A DNA stretch of 64,000 nt from Acidobacteriota bacterium (GCA_965263035.1 OZ253580.1:3904001-3968000), one strand, 5' to 3'. Numbered from the stretch's first letter, positions 21,593 through 32,294 are shown. Numbers and translations are program-made. Notes: generated by a model from the sequence alone, not told the origin.

Positions 21593-21744
21593 GAGCGGCG
21601 ACTTTCTTGTCGCCGATTGGGACAGGCGACTTTCTTGTCGCCTGCTCTTCCGTGTTGCTGTGCGAATCGGTGGTGGGAAAGTGTAGAGGTGGGACTCCGT
21701 CCCCCCTACCCCCCCCTGTTCGGCGACAAGAAAGTCGCCGCTCC
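21593..21744. repeat. Cluster of three REP-like palindromes (two direct, one inverted)
   Basis: GGCGACTTTCTTGTCGCC at about 21597 and 21626; inverted CGGCGACAAGAAAGTCGCCGCTCC at 21721-21744. Confidence 0.8.
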
Positions 21745-21814
21745 AGAATTGCTATACTCGCTGGCCGAATCGATTCAAGACTCTGAACGCCGCCCGTCGA
21801 CGGAGGGCGAACGC

Positions 21815-22573
21815 ATGTTGGATCTGAAAAACAGGACCGCCCTGATGGTGGGGACGAAGCGGGTGGGCGCCGTGGTGGCCCGGCGTCTCGCTCAAGCGGG
21901 CGTTCGACTGGCGCTCAGCTACCGGGGTTCCAAGAGTGCGGCCCAGCAGCTCCAGGCGGAGTTGGCGCCGATGACCCGGACCTGCCTGGTCCAGGCCGAC
22001 GTGAGCCGGCCGGAGGACGTGGTCCGGCTGCTGCGAACGGTCCGTGAGGAACTCGGGGACCTCTCCTTTCTCGTCAACCTGGCGTCGGGATTTCCACGGG
22101 CTCCCTTGGAGTCGCTGGACGCGGCTGCTTGGGAAGCGGCGGAGCCGGCGGCCCGGTCCAACTATCTCCTGGCGGTCCACGCCTCCCGCAGCATGCGCCG
22201 AAACCCGGGACCGACCCGGGGCCACATGATTTTCTTCAGCGACTGGGCCGCCGGAGGGACTCCCTATCGGAACTATCTTCCCTACCTCACCGCCAAGGCG
22301 TCTATCGACTTCATGACCCGCGCCTTCGCCGTCGAATTGGCGCCCCACGGCATTCTGGTCAACGCTATCGCCCCCGGACCCACCATGCGTCCTCCGGAAA
22401 TCAGCCTCGAAGATTGGGAGCGAAACGTGATCTCCCGGACTCCCCTCCGCCGCGAATCCGCTGCCGGCGAGATCGCCGAGATGATCGTGACCCTCCTCAA
22501 GAGCGAGACCATCACGGGCGAGACCATCCGCATCGACGCCGGCCGCCACCTGGCGGGTCCGGGCGTGGCTTGA
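21815..22573 (+). CDS. SDR family oxidoreductase (pteridine reductase-like)
   Basis: GTKRVG, NLAS, YLTAK, VNAIAPG, ITGETIRIDAG. Confidence 0.8.
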   Translation: MLDLKNRTALMVGTKRVGAVVARRLAQAGVRLALSYRGSKSAAQQLQAELAPMTRTCLVQADVSRPEDVVRLLRTVREELGDLSFLVNLASGFPRAPLESLDAAAWEAAEPAARSNYLLAVHASRSMRRNPGPTRGHMIFFSDWAAGGTPYRNYLPYLTAKASIDFMTRAFAVELAPHGILVNAIAPGPTMRPPEISLEDWERNVISRTPLRRESAAGEIAEMIVTLLKSETITGETIRIDAGRHLAGPGVA

Positions 22574-22644
22574 GCGCTCTCAACCGCGGTCGGGACGGAG
22601 CCGAAACTTGCAAGTTCCATGCCGGAAATGCAGTCTAGATATTG

Positions 22645-23652
22645 ATGTTACGGCCCATCGCACAGGCGTTTTCGCTGCTGATTCTTCTGTCGGGAGCCGT
22701 CTCGGCGGAGACCTCGCTGATCTGGTCCAGGGGGCCGGACCTGGCGCTTCCGAGAGGCGGTTACAGCGCCGCCGTCTACCAGGGGGGAATTCTCGTCGTT
22801 GGGGGGGTGTACTGGCGGGACGGCGTGAAACTGTGGACGGATCGGGTCGACTTCTACGACCCCAAGACCAAAAACTGGTCGCAGCGGCCGTCTCTCCCTG
22901 AGCCTCTGGGCTATGGGGGAATGGTCCGGATCGAAGACGAGCTCTACCTGTTGGGCGGAGGCAACGGTCCTCATCCTCAGCGCAAGGTCTTCAAACTGAC
23001 CGAAGAAGGCTGGTTGGGGGTCGCCGAAACTCCGGTGCCGCGCTTCTATGCTTCGGTGGTGTCGGTGGGTTCCACGATCTACCTGGTGGCGGGAGGCAGC
23101 AGCATGAGCGATCTGGACCGCTGTACCGACGAGATCTGGGCCCTGGACCTGACGACCGGCAACTGGCAGACGATGGCGCCCATTCCGGGACCGCCCCGAG
23201 TGATTCAGGCGGCCGCCGTCCTGGGCAACTCGATGTACGTCTTCGGTGGCTCCACCAAGAAACCGGGGCAGCCGATAGAGAATCTGGACGACGCCTACCG
23301 GCTCGACACCGAGACGGGGCAATGGACCCGGCTGGATCCGACTCCGGTGGCGGCCCGAGCCTGGTGGGCCGAACCGGTGGGCGAATTGATCTACCTCTCC
23401 GGCGGCTATGGCCATGCGTTCCAGGGAACCGTGTACGAATACGATCCTTCCGGAGACACCTACACCCTGCTTTCCAGCTTCGAGCCGGGCCTGGCGGATG
23501 CCGAGTTTCTGCACCTGGACGGAGCTCTCTACGGAATCTCCGGTGAAGACAAGGGCCGGTCCCGCTTCCCCGGGATGCTCATTGGCCGCTTTCCGAAAGA
23601 GCCGTCCGAGGAGGAGTCCGAGGAGGAGTCCGAGGAGGCATCCGACGAGTAG
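22645..23652 (+). CDS. Exported Kelch-repeat beta-propeller protein
   Basis: Signal peptide, repeated (L/I)Y(L/V)xGG...W Kelch motifs; acidic SEEE tail encoded by 12-bp repeats. Confidence 0.85.
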   Translation: MLRPIAQAFSLLILLSGAVSAETSLIWSRGPDLALPRGGYSAAVYQGGILVVGGVYWRDGVKLWTDRVDFYDPKTKNWSQRPSLPEPLGYGGMVRIEDELYLLGGGNGPHPQRKVFKLTEEGWLGVAETPVPRFYASVVSVGSTIYLVAGGSSMSDLDRCTDEIWALDLTTGNWQTMAPIPGPPRVIQAAAVLGNSMYVFGGSTKKPGQPIENLDDAYRLDTETGQWTRLDPTPVAARAWWAEPVGELIYLSGGYGHAFQGTVYEYDPSGDTYTLLSSFEPGLADAEFLHLDGALYGISGEDKGRSRFPGMLIGRFPKEPSEEESEEESEEASDE

Positions 23653-23703
23653 TCGAAGTACCACCTTTCCCGTGTCGAGCGCCCCATCCATTCCCGGTAG
23701 CCG

Positions 23704-26133
23704 ATGCGTCTGAAAAACGACGGAAAGAATGGAACCCGGCAGCAGGATTTCATTCAGTCGTTCCGCCTCCGGTACGCCGGTTTCTGTCTCGTGGTTCTGG
23801 CGTGGGCGGCCTGCTACTCGCCGTTGTTAAGTGGCCTGTGGGTGGTCCCCTATGATGCCCTGGCTCAGAATTTTCCCGCCGCGGCATTCTCCGCGACCGC
23901 GATTCAGCAAGGCGATTCGCCCTTCTGGAACCCATACCTGTTCAGCGGTCATCCCGCCCTGTCCGACCCCCAAATGTTCCTGTTCTCTCCCTTGCTGATG
24001 CCCTTGATGGTTCTGGGGAACCCTCATGACATCCACTGGTTCACCTTGGTCGTAGCGCTCCACGTACTTTTGGGCGGGCTTGGCTTCTACGTCTTGCTCC
24101 GGCGTGCGGACGTGGCGCTTTTCCCGGCGGTGCTGGGTGCCGTTGTCTTCATGTTTGGCGGGTACGCTCTGACGCGGTTGCAGCATACGACCATGATCTT
24201 GAGCTACGGATATTTTCCGTGGGCGCTGGTGCTATTGCGGCAGTTGTTGAGCTCTCCCCGTGTCGGAGTTGCGGTGGGTTGTGGCGTAGTCGCCGGGGGC
24301 ATGGCGATACACGGCAATCAGGTGGCGTACTTGCTTTCATTGGTTCTGGTCGGCGTCGCAGTGGCAGCGTTCTTCAAGGCGCCGGACAAGGTCGTATTTC
24401 TGCGCCGGAAGCTGCCCTGGCTGGCCGCCGGCGGGATCGTCGGATTCCTGGTACTGCTGCCTCAGCTCTACGGCATCTTTCTGTTCCTGGACGAGAGCAA
24501 CCGTCCCCATTTCGAGTACGCGTTCGCCGCCCGGCAATCCATGTGGCCTCATATTCCGGCAACGCTGCTGGTGCCCGACCTGTTCGGCGCTCTCGGCGAC
24601 AACTATGTCGGGCCCGATGACCGGACGGAGTCGTTGTTGTACGTCGGTGGCCTCGGTGTCTGGGTGCTGGCGTTCTGGGGCCTGTGGCACGGATATCTTT
24701 GGCGGCGCCGCAACCTGTTCTTCCTCGGAATCCTGTTTTTTTCGCTGCTGTACATGCTTGGCGACCTGACGCCGGCCTATCGTCTTTTCTACGAAGTCAT
24801 CCCCGGCGTCGCTCTCTTTCAGCGCCCACTGGACGGCGGTTTTCTGCTCAATATCGGCTTGGCGGGCCTGGTCGCCCTGGTGTTGGACGAAGTCTTGGGA
24901 AGAGATCCGGGGAAGCTTCCGACCCGCCGGATGCGAGTCGCAGGAAGAGTCTGCCTGGTGCTCCTGGGCACGGTATTCTCATTTGCCGTATGGAAGGGCG
25001 TGACTCTGCACCAGGATTGGCGGCCGGCGATCCAGGCCTTCGGTCCCGCCTCGGCTTGGATCTTCGCATCCGCGTTGGCTCTGTTTCTGCTACTGCGTTA
25101 CGAACGTCTGCGATGGCCGTTGTCCCTGGTCCTCACGGCCCTTCTGGTGGCCAACCTGGGATGGGTGAACCTGAACCGCAGGATCAATCTGGTCCGGACC
25201 AGCGACGTCAGCCATCCCGGTGGGTTGCCGAAGTTCCATCGGCAAATCCTGGAGTTCATTCGCGAAAACACGGCGGCCGGCGAGACTGGCGCTCCACCTC
25301 GCCGTGTCGATCTGATCTACGCTGGGGCACAACTTTCGAATTTGCCCAATCTCTATCCGTTTCACTCCATTTCGGGTGCCAATCCGCTTGTATCCGGCCG
25401 CTATCAGATGTTTGCCGGGAAACGAAACGTCTACTCCGGACCGCCCCTGTTCTCACCCATGATGCCCGGCTACTCATCGGGAGCATTGGATTGCCTGGAT
25501 GTGAAATTCGTGATCACGGCTCTGGACCTGGAGCAGTACGATTCCACTTACGATGCCGACGAATTGCCGTTGGTCACCCGCTTCGCGAACATCTCGGTCT
25601 ACGAAAACCCGGACGTGCTGCCGCGGGTGCGCCTTTTGAACCGGTTCCAGGTTGCCGGCAACAGGGAGCAAGCGGCGGAACTGCTGGCCAGTCCTTCTTT
25701 TTCTCATCACGGCAATGCCGTAGTCGAATTGCGGGAAGGGTGGACGCCCGAATTGGAAGAAGTATTCCGGGTGGGTGGAGCCGACCGTTTCGCCGCCGGC
25801 TCGAGTTTCGAGATTTCAACCGAACCGAGCGGCCGTGACCGAGTCCGGATCGTCCGTTACGAAAACGACCGGGTGGATGTAGTTGCCGAAAGCGACCATC
25901 CGCGCCTGCTCGTCCTGGCAGACGTGCTCACCGAAGGATGGAAGGCCTATCTGGGCGAAAAGGAACTGCCCATCCACTACGCCAACTATGCGTTTCGAGG
26001 AGTGTTTCTGCCTCCTGGACACAACCAGGTCAGCTTTCGCTTCCGGCCTTTCGACGCCGATGTCGCCCGCAACGTCCTGCGGAGGGTCTTCTCGGTCCGC
26101 GATGAAAATCCGGTGCCGATTCGATATCGGTAA
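23704..26133 (+). CDS. YfhO-like polytopic membrane protein (putative GT-C glycosyltransferase)
   Basis: PFWNPYLFSGHP, many TM helices, C-terminal GWKAY..ANYAFRGVFLPPGHNQV. Confidence 0.82.
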   Translation: MRLKNDGKNGTRQQDFIQSFRLRYAGFCLVVLAWAACYSPLLSGLWVVPYDALAQNFPAAAFSATAIQQGDSPFWNPYLFSGHPALSDPQMFLFSPLLMPLMVLGNPHDIHWFTLVVALHVLLGGLGFYVLLRRADVALFPAVLGAVVFMFGGYALTRLQHTTMILSYGYFPWALVLLRQLLSSPRVGVAVGCGVVAGGMAIHGNQVAYLLSLVLVGVAVAAFFKAPDKVVFLRRKLPWLAAGGIVGFLVLLPQLYGIFLFLDESNRPHFEYAFAARQSMWPHIPATLLVPDLFGALGDNYVGPDDRTESLLYVGGLGVWVLAFWGLWHGYLWRRRNLFFLGILFFSLLYMLGDLTPAYRLFYEVIPGVALFQRPLDGGFLLNIGLAGLVALVLDEVLGRDPGKLPTRRMRVAGRVCLVLLGTVFSFAVWKGVTLHQDWRPAIQAFGPASAWIFASALALFLLLRYERLRWPLSLVLTALLVANLGWVNLNRRINLVRTSDVSHPGGLPKFHRQILEFIRENTAAGETGAPPRRVDLIYAGAQLSNLPNLYPFHSISGANPLVSGRYQMFAGKRNVYSGPPLFSPMMPGYSSGALDCLDVKFVITALDLEQYDSTYDADELPLVTRFANISVYENPDVLPRVRLLNRFQVAGNREQAAELLASPSFSHHGNAVVELREGWTPELEEVFRVGGADRFAAGSSFEISTEPSGRDRVRIVRYENDRVDVVAESDHPRLLVLADVLTEGWKAYLGEKELPIHYANYAFRGVFLPPGHNQVSFRFRPFDADVARNVLRRVFSVRDENPVPIRYR

Positions 26134-26243
26134 CGCTGCTTCCGATGGCCGGGCTTATCGATCCAATTGGCAGCGCGCCGCTACGGTATGATCGGCAGCA
26201 ATCGATCCTTGTTCGCACACGCCGAGGACAGGAGAGACTTCCC

Positions 26244-27386
26244 ATGACAGGCTCGATCCGCACTGTCGTTGTTCTGGTCCTGTTGAGCGCCCCCGGTCTC
26301 GCCGGTCAGGGGAGCGAGATTCCCGGCTATCCACAGTCGGCGGACGTGGCGAACCCGGGCCGTTCCGGCGCGGGTGCGGTGTCTACATCCGATGGGGTCC
26401 AGTGCAAGGGCCAGCCTGAAGGCACGTCCTGCTGGATGGAGTTGGCCAACCAGCCGGGATGTTACGTCTGGAACAGCTACTTCCAGCCGGACGAGACCGT
26501 GACCTGGACCGCGGCGTGCGCCGAGGGTTTGGCTCAGGGCACAGGCATGCTCACGGAGGCTTGGGACGGAGGCAAGAAAGCAAAGGAAAAAACTGGGCGC
26601 CTTGTGAAAGGAAAGGCACAGGGGCGGTGGGCCTACCGCGACCAGGACGGGACCGTCGCGGAAGGCTCGTATGAGGCGGGGAAGCGTCACGGCCGTTGGA
26701 TCGAGAGCTTGGCGGACGGGACCGTCCAGGAAGGCTCGTATGAGGCGGGGAAACGCCAGGGCCGGTGGGTGTTGCACTTCGCTTCCGGGACCGTCATGGA
26801 GGGCCCGTTTGTGGGCGGGAACCAGCAGGGCCAGTGGGTCTTGCGTTTCGCTTCCGGGAATGTCTCGGAAGGCCCGTATGAGGCGGGGAAGCGTCACGGG
26901 CATTGGGTCGAACGCTTCGTTTCCGGGACCGTCCAGGAAGGCCCATATGAGGCAGGGGAACGCCGGGGCCGGTGGGTGTTGCGCTTCACTTCCGGGACCG
27001 TGGAGGAAGGCCCGTTTGCGGCGGGGAAGCGTCACGGTCATTGGGTCGAGCGCTACGCGGGCGGGGGTGTGCAGGAAGGCCCGTATGAGGCGGGGAAGCG
27101 TCACGGACGGTGGATCGAGCGCGACGGGGACGGGAATGTCTCGGAAGGCCCGTATGAGGTGGGGAAGGAGCAGGGCGGGTGGGTGTTGCGTCTGGCGGAC
27201 GGAACCGTGATGGAAGGCCCGTTTGTGGCGGGGAAGCGTCACGGACGGTGGATCGAGCGCGACAAGAACGGGTACGTCTCGGAAGGCGTGTATGTTGATT
27301 CACTGCGCCACGGATGGTGGTTTGTTCGCAATAAAGGGGTCGTGGTTGAGGAAGCGTACTTTGTGAAGGGGGAAGGCCAAAATTAG
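26244..27386 (+). CDS. Exported MORN-like 23-aa repeat protein, copy A
   Basis: Signal peptide, Cys-containing N-domain (CKG..CW..CYVW..C), ten EG(P/S)(Y/F)xxGxxxGxW repeats. Confidence 0.8.
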   Translation: MTGSIRTVVVLVLLSAPGLAGQGSEIPGYPQSADVANPGRSGAGAVSTSDGVQCKGQPEGTSCWMELANQPGCYVWNSYFQPDETVTWTAACAEGLAQGTGMLTEAWDGGKKAKEKTGRLVKGKAQGRWAYRDQDGTVAEGSYEAGKRHGRWIESLADGTVQEGSYEAGKRQGRWVLHFASGTVMEGPFVGGNQQGQWVLRFASGNVSEGPYEAGKRHGHWVERFVSGTVQEGPYEAGERRGRWVLRFTSGTVEEGPFAAGKRHGHWVERYAGGGVQEGPYEAGKRHGRWIERDGDGNVSEGPYEVGKEQGGWVLRLADGTVMEGPFVAGKRHGRWIERDKNGYVSEGVYVDSLRHGWWFVRNKGVVVEEAYFVKGEGQN

Positions 27387-27814
27387 GCTGTCCTCCCCAA
27401 TGAGAGCGCGAAATCAGCAGCGTCAACCTGGAAACACCCGGCGAAAGGAAGCTCCATCCGGCAGTATCCTACAGGGAGACGTTATCGGACCTTCGCCTAA
27501 AACGAATTCCATAGTCGGATTAACCCGCGGGGTATCCTCGCACCCTGGCGTTTCCCCCTGATTCCCCCACTGGCGGATGCTTCGTCAGTCGTCCTGTGCC
27601 TCTTGCCGGCGCCTTCGGACCTGCGCCACGATCACGCCGCTGAGCCCCAATACGCCGCCGATCAGTACGAAAGCTGGGGTGTCCGCGCCTTGCTCGCCGA
27701 GCGCAGCATTGAACGCGCCGCCGGCGAGCATGCCGATCAGCAGCGTTGTCGAACGACAGGGGCCACCGCGTCCAATAGGTCCGCCGAGACAAGCTAGCAC
27801 CTGCCGGCCCGAAT

Positions 27815-28681
27815 TTACCGTCGTTTCACGTCGATGGTTCGGCCGTAGATCCGGCGCGAGGGGGAGGTATAGTACTCGTCCCGCTGGTCGTAGACCACGA
27901 AAAGCTTGCCGGGGCTGATCTCGGGAACCGTGGTGTAGGCCCCGGTGATGTCCATGGCGAGCCGGGTCACCTGGGTCCAGGAGTGCCCCTGGTCCAGGCT
28001 GAAGGCCACGAAGATCCCATCGTCCTTGAAGTCGGGCTTGTGTCCGAAACTGGCCACCAGGGTGCCGTCGTGCATCTCGGTCAGGTCCGGGTCGACGCCC
28101 ACGATGTCCCGCCACTTGCCCCAGCGGCTGTATTGCCAGCGGAGGGGCTGGGCCTGGCTCCAGGTGGCTCCTTCGTCGTCGGAATGGGCCTGGTAGATGG
28201 GGTTTTCCCTTCCGGTGCGCATCAGGCAGATGAGCCGCCCCTCGTGTCGGCCCTGGCTGAGGCGGACGATCACCGGCTCGTTGAATCCCTCCTGCCCCAT
28301 GGGTCCCGTGGCGATGGTGGAGACGTAGGACCAGTTCTTGCCCACGTCTTTGGAACGGAGCAGCAGAGCCCGGAACTGTTTCATGCTGGGCTTGTACTGG
28401 CTGGGGGTGTCGTCCTCCTTGAAGACGCCGTAGATGCCGGCCAGGAGGTCGCCGTTGGGCATCTCCAGAATGGTCCGGTGCCAGAGGATCCCGGTGGGGA
28501 CGGTGTCACCCCGGTCGTCGCCCAGATTCGGCTTGGCCCTGGGGACGTGGGCGATGAAGGGGGAGGGGGTCACCATCTGCCACTGGTCGTCCGAATGCCA
28601 GGCCAGGCCCTGGAAGCGGCCGTCGCCGATGTACCGGCTGTAGTAGTCGAAGATCAGGACTCTGCCCGAGCGCAACTGGAA
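27815..28681 (-). pseudogene. 5'-truncated sialidase/BNR-repeat protein, copy A
   Basis: Asp-boxes SKDVGKNW, SDDEGATW, SLDQGHSW; begins mid-gene at the duplication junction. Confidence 0.75.
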
Positions 28682-28775
28682 GGTTTATCGATCCAACTCG
28701 TAGAGCGGCCCTACGATATGATAAAAAACGATTGATTTTTGCCCGCACACGCGGAGGAATCAGGAGAGACTTCCC

Positions 28776-29828
28776 ATGACAGTTCCGATACGTACGATCA
28801 TTGTCTCGCTCGTGTTGAGCGTCCCCGGTCTCGTCGGCCAGCTTCCCGCGGAGACCCCGGTGGGTCCGGGCCGTTCCGGCGAGGGTGCTGGATCCACGCC
28901 CGAGGGGGTCCACTGCAAAGGACAGCCCGAAGGCACGTCCTGCTGGATGGAGTTGATCAACCAGCCGGGATGTTACGTCTGGATCAGCCGCTTCCAGGCG
29001 GACGAGACCGTGACCTGGACCGAAGCGTGCGCCGAGGGGTTGGCTCAGGGCACAGGCACGCTGACGGAGGTCTGGGACGGGGGCAAAAAAAGAAAGGAAC
29101 AAACCGGGAGCATTGTGGCAGGAAAGGCACTGGGGCGATGGGTCTACCGTGACCATGATGGGGCCGTCTCGGAAGGCTCGTATAAGGAGGGGATGCGTCA
29201 CGGCCAATGGGTCGAGCGCTTGGCGGACGGGGGCGTGCAGGAAGGGCCGTATGAGGCGGGGAAACGGCAGGGCAAGTGGGTCCTGCGCTTCGCTTCCGGG
29301 ACCGTCATGGAGGGCTCGTTTGAGAAGGGGTACCAGCAGGGCTCGTGGGTGTTGCGTTTCGCTTCCGGGACCGTGATGGAAGGCCCGTTTGCGGCGGGGA
29401 AACGTCACGGCCAATGGGTTGAGCGCTTAGCTTCCGGGACCGTCCAGGAAGGGCCGTATGAGGCAGGACAACGCCAGGGACGGTGGGTGTTGCGTTTCGC
29501 TTCCGGGACCGTGATGGAAGGCCCGTTTGTGGCGGGGCAGCGTCAGGGTCATTGGGTCGAGCGCCACGCGGATGGGGACGTCTTGGAAGGCTCGTATGAG
29601 GCGGGGAAGGAGCAGGGCCATTGGGTGTTGCGTATGGCGGACGGGGGCGTGCATGAAGGCCCGTATGAGGCGGGGAAGCGCCAGGGTAATTGGGTCGAGC
29701 GCGACAAGGACGGGTACGTCTCGGAAGGCGTGTATGTTGATTCACTGCGTCACGGATGGTGGTTTGTTCGCAATAAAGGGATCGTGGTTGAGGAAGCGTA
29801 CTTTGTGAAGGGGGAAGGCCAAAATTAG
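28776..29828 (+). CDS. Exported MORN-like 23-aa repeat protein, copy B
   Basis: Paralog of 26244-27386 with nine repeats and a near-identical C-terminus. Confidence 0.8.
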   Translation: MTVPIRTIIVSLVLSVPGLVGQLPAETPVGPGRSGEGAGSTPEGVHCKGQPEGTSCWMELINQPGCYVWISRFQADETVTWTEACAEGLAQGTGTLTEVWDGGKKRKEQTGSIVAGKALGRWVYRDHDGAVSEGSYKEGMRHGQWVERLADGGVQEGPYEAGKRQGKWVLRFASGTVMEGSFEKGYQQGSWVLRFASGTVMEGPFAAGKRHGQWVERLASGTVQEGPYEAGQRQGRWVLRFASGTVMEGPFVAGQRQGHWVERHADGDVLEGSYEAGKEQGHWVLRMADGGVHEGPYEAGKRQGNWVERDKDGYVSEGVYVDSLRHGWWFVRNKGIVVEEAYFVKGEGQN

Positions 29829-30026
29829 GCTGTCCTCCCCAATGGGAGCGCGAAATCAGCAGCGCCAACCTGGAAACACCCGGCGAAAGGAAGCTCCATC
29901 CGGCAGTATCCTACAGGGAGGCGTTATCGGGCCTTCGCCTAAAACGAATTCCATAGTCCGATTAACTCGCGGGGTATCCTCGCACCCTGGCGTTTCCCCC
30001 TGATTCCCCCACTGGCGGATGCTTCG

Positions 30027-30242
30027 TCAGTCGTCCTGTGTCTCTCGCCGGCGCCTTCGGCCCTGCGCCACGGTCACGCCGCCGAGCCCCAATACGCCGC
30101 CGATCAGTACGAAAGCTGGGGTGTCCGCGCCTTGCTCGCCGAGCGCAGCATTGAACGCGCCGCCGGCGAGCATGCCGATCAGCGTCGCGAGCAGAGCCCT
30201 CACGACGAGGCGCTTGCCCGTACGGAATCTTCCTTCGGTCAT
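30027..30242 (-). CDS. Small two-TM membrane protein
   Basis: 71 aa with two hydrophobic segments; a partially deleted copy lies at about 27585-27745. Confidence 0.5.
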   Translation of the reverse strand: MTEGRFRTGKRLVVRALLATLIGMLAGGAFNAALGEQGADTPAFVLIGGVLGLGGVTVAQGRRRRRETQDD

Positions 30243-30378
30243 TATTCAGTCTCCAGATGCTCACTTGCTCCTTCGAGCCCTCGCCGGCGGCCGCGGGCGT
30301 TCCACAGCGTTGTCGAACGGCAGGGGCCACCGCGTCCAATAGGTCCGTCGAGACAATCTAGCCTCTGCCGGCCCGAAT

Positions 30379-31600
30379 TTACCGTCGTTTCACGTCGATG
30401 GTTCGGCCGTGGATCCGGCGCGAGGGGGAGGTGTAGTACTCGTCCCGCTGGTCGTAGACCACGAAGAGCTTGCCGGGGCTGATCTCGCGAACCGTGGTGT
30501 AGGCCCCGGTGATGTCCATGGCGAGCCGGGTCACCTGGGTCCAGGAGTGCCCCTGGTCCAGGCTGAAGGCCACGAAGATCCCATCGTCCTTGAAGTCGGG
30601 CTTGTGTCCGAAGCTGGCCACCAGGGTGCCGTCGTGCATCTCGGTCAGGTCCGGGTCGACGCCCACGATGTCCCGCCACTTGCCCCAGCGGCTGTATTGC
30701 CAGCGGAGGGGCTGGGCCTGGCTCCAGGTGGCTCCTTCGTCGTCGGAATGGGCCTGGTAGATGGGGTTTTCCCTTCCGGTGCGCATCAGGCAGATGAGCC
30801 GCCCCTCGTGTCGGCCCTGGCTGAGGCGGACGATCACCGGCTCGTTGAATCCCTCCTGCCCCATGGGTCCCGTGGCGATGGTGGAGACGTAGGACCAGTT
30901 CTTGCCCACGTCTTTGGAACGGAGCAGCAGAGCCCGGAACTGTTTCATGCTGGGCTTGTATGGGGGTGTCGTCCTCCTTGAAGACGCCGTAGATGCCGGC
31001 CAGGAGGTCGCCGTTGGGCATCTCCAGAATGGTCCGGTGCCAGAGGATCCCGGTGGGGACGGTGTCACCCCGGTCGTCGCCCAGATTCGGCTTGGCCCTG
31101 GGGACGTGGGCGATGAAGGGGGAGGGGGTCACCATCTGCCACTGGTCGTCCGAATGCCAGACTTGGCCCTGGAAGCGGCCGTCTCCGATGTGCCGGCTGT
31201 AGTAGTCGAAGATCAGGATCCGGCCCGAGCGCAACTGGAGGGTGCATCCGGAGATGATGGGTCCGTCTCCCTGTTCCTCGGTGGGGGACCAGAGCTCCCA
31301 GGTCTTGCCGCCGTCGGTGGAGCGCACCGTCCGGGGAATGTCACGCGGGTAGTTGGGCCCGGTGTACGACTCGGGATTGGGCCGGAGGACGGTCCCCACC
31401 ACGATGAGGGTCCCCTCCCGGGTGGTGGTCATGTAGGGGAAGATGGCGTCCTCCATGACCACCGTCTGGGGACCGACGCGGATTTCCAGTGGTTTCTGTG
31501 CCGACTCGGCGGCACCGGCTGCGGGGGTCGGTTGGGCCAAGAGAGCCAGCCAGCACGCGATTGACGCGGTTCGAAGCCGCTCTGCCGTCATCACAATCAT
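30379..31600 (-). pseudogene. Exported sialidase/BNR-repeat protein, copy B, frameshifted
   Basis: Signal peptide, FPY, STDGGKTW plus three more Asp-boxes; 5-bp deletion (CTGGC) at 30960/30961 relative to copy A. Confidence 0.78.
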
Positions 31601-31825
31601 GTTTTCCTCAAAGGTGAATCATAGGAATCGAAACCCGACGAAAAACGCACGAATTCTACTCGGATTCGATTGTGGGCTCCAACCGGGGAAGTCCGCGACG
31701 CCTATTAGTTCTTCGTAGGTGGAGAGGGTGGGCTGGTTCGACCGTGTGTCATTGTGCTGTCAAGGGCAGATACAGAAGTTGGGAGGTCTTCTACGACTCG
31801 ACGACACTCTCCGTGTCGCGGAGAA

Positions 31826-32101
31826 TCATTGGTTTGCGTCCCATGTACGGCCGGTTTGGGCTTCCCATTCCACATCCACTGGCGCGACGACGTCACCCTG
31901 TATCTCGAAACGTCCCTTGTCGATGCCGAAGAGACTCTTCGGCTTCTCGTGATAAGGCACGAGTCGAGAAACGGGAGATCCGTTCTTGGTGATGACGATC
32001 TCTTCGCGGTTTTTCACGACTTCGTCCAACAGCTTCAGACACTTCGTCTTGAACTCGGACGCCTCGACTACTCGAATGCCTGTAACGTTATGCCTACCCA
32101 T
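31826..32101 (-). CDS. Phd/YefM family antitoxin
   Basis: ASEFKTKCLKLLDEV..EIVITKNGSPVSRLVP; followed by a 12-codon MILRDT relic of a VapC-like toxin. Confidence 0.85.
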   Translation of the reverse strand: MGRHNVTGIRVVEASEFKTKCLKLLDEVVKNREEIVITKNGSPVSRLVPYHEKPKSLFGIDKGRFEIQGDVVAPVDVEWEAQTGRTWDANQ

Positions 32102-32294
32102 CGAGTGTCCTCCGCGAAGGCGGCGGGCCGGAACTCCACGCACCGGTACGCCGCCGGTCCATGCTTCAGTCTATCTACATTCGGAATCCGGGAGTCCAGC
32201 CGCCGTCTCAGGGAGTCCCGGGCCCGGAGGAAGGCCCAAGACTGGCCGTGGAGGTTCCGTCCTGGGTAAACTTGGCGCCGAATTGGAGGTATCG

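Noticed and set aside
19149-21744. GGCGACTTTCTTGTCGCC repeats as a mini-CRISPR or attC array
   Set aside because: Spacing is only a few nt or irregular, one copy is inverted, and there are no cas or integron integrase genes; a REP cluster fits better
26650-29760. Regular 69-nt repeats as a CRISPR array or DGR template/variable repeats
   Set aside because: The repeats are in-frame coding units without unique spacers; no cas or reverse transcriptase gene is present, and differences are not confined to adenines
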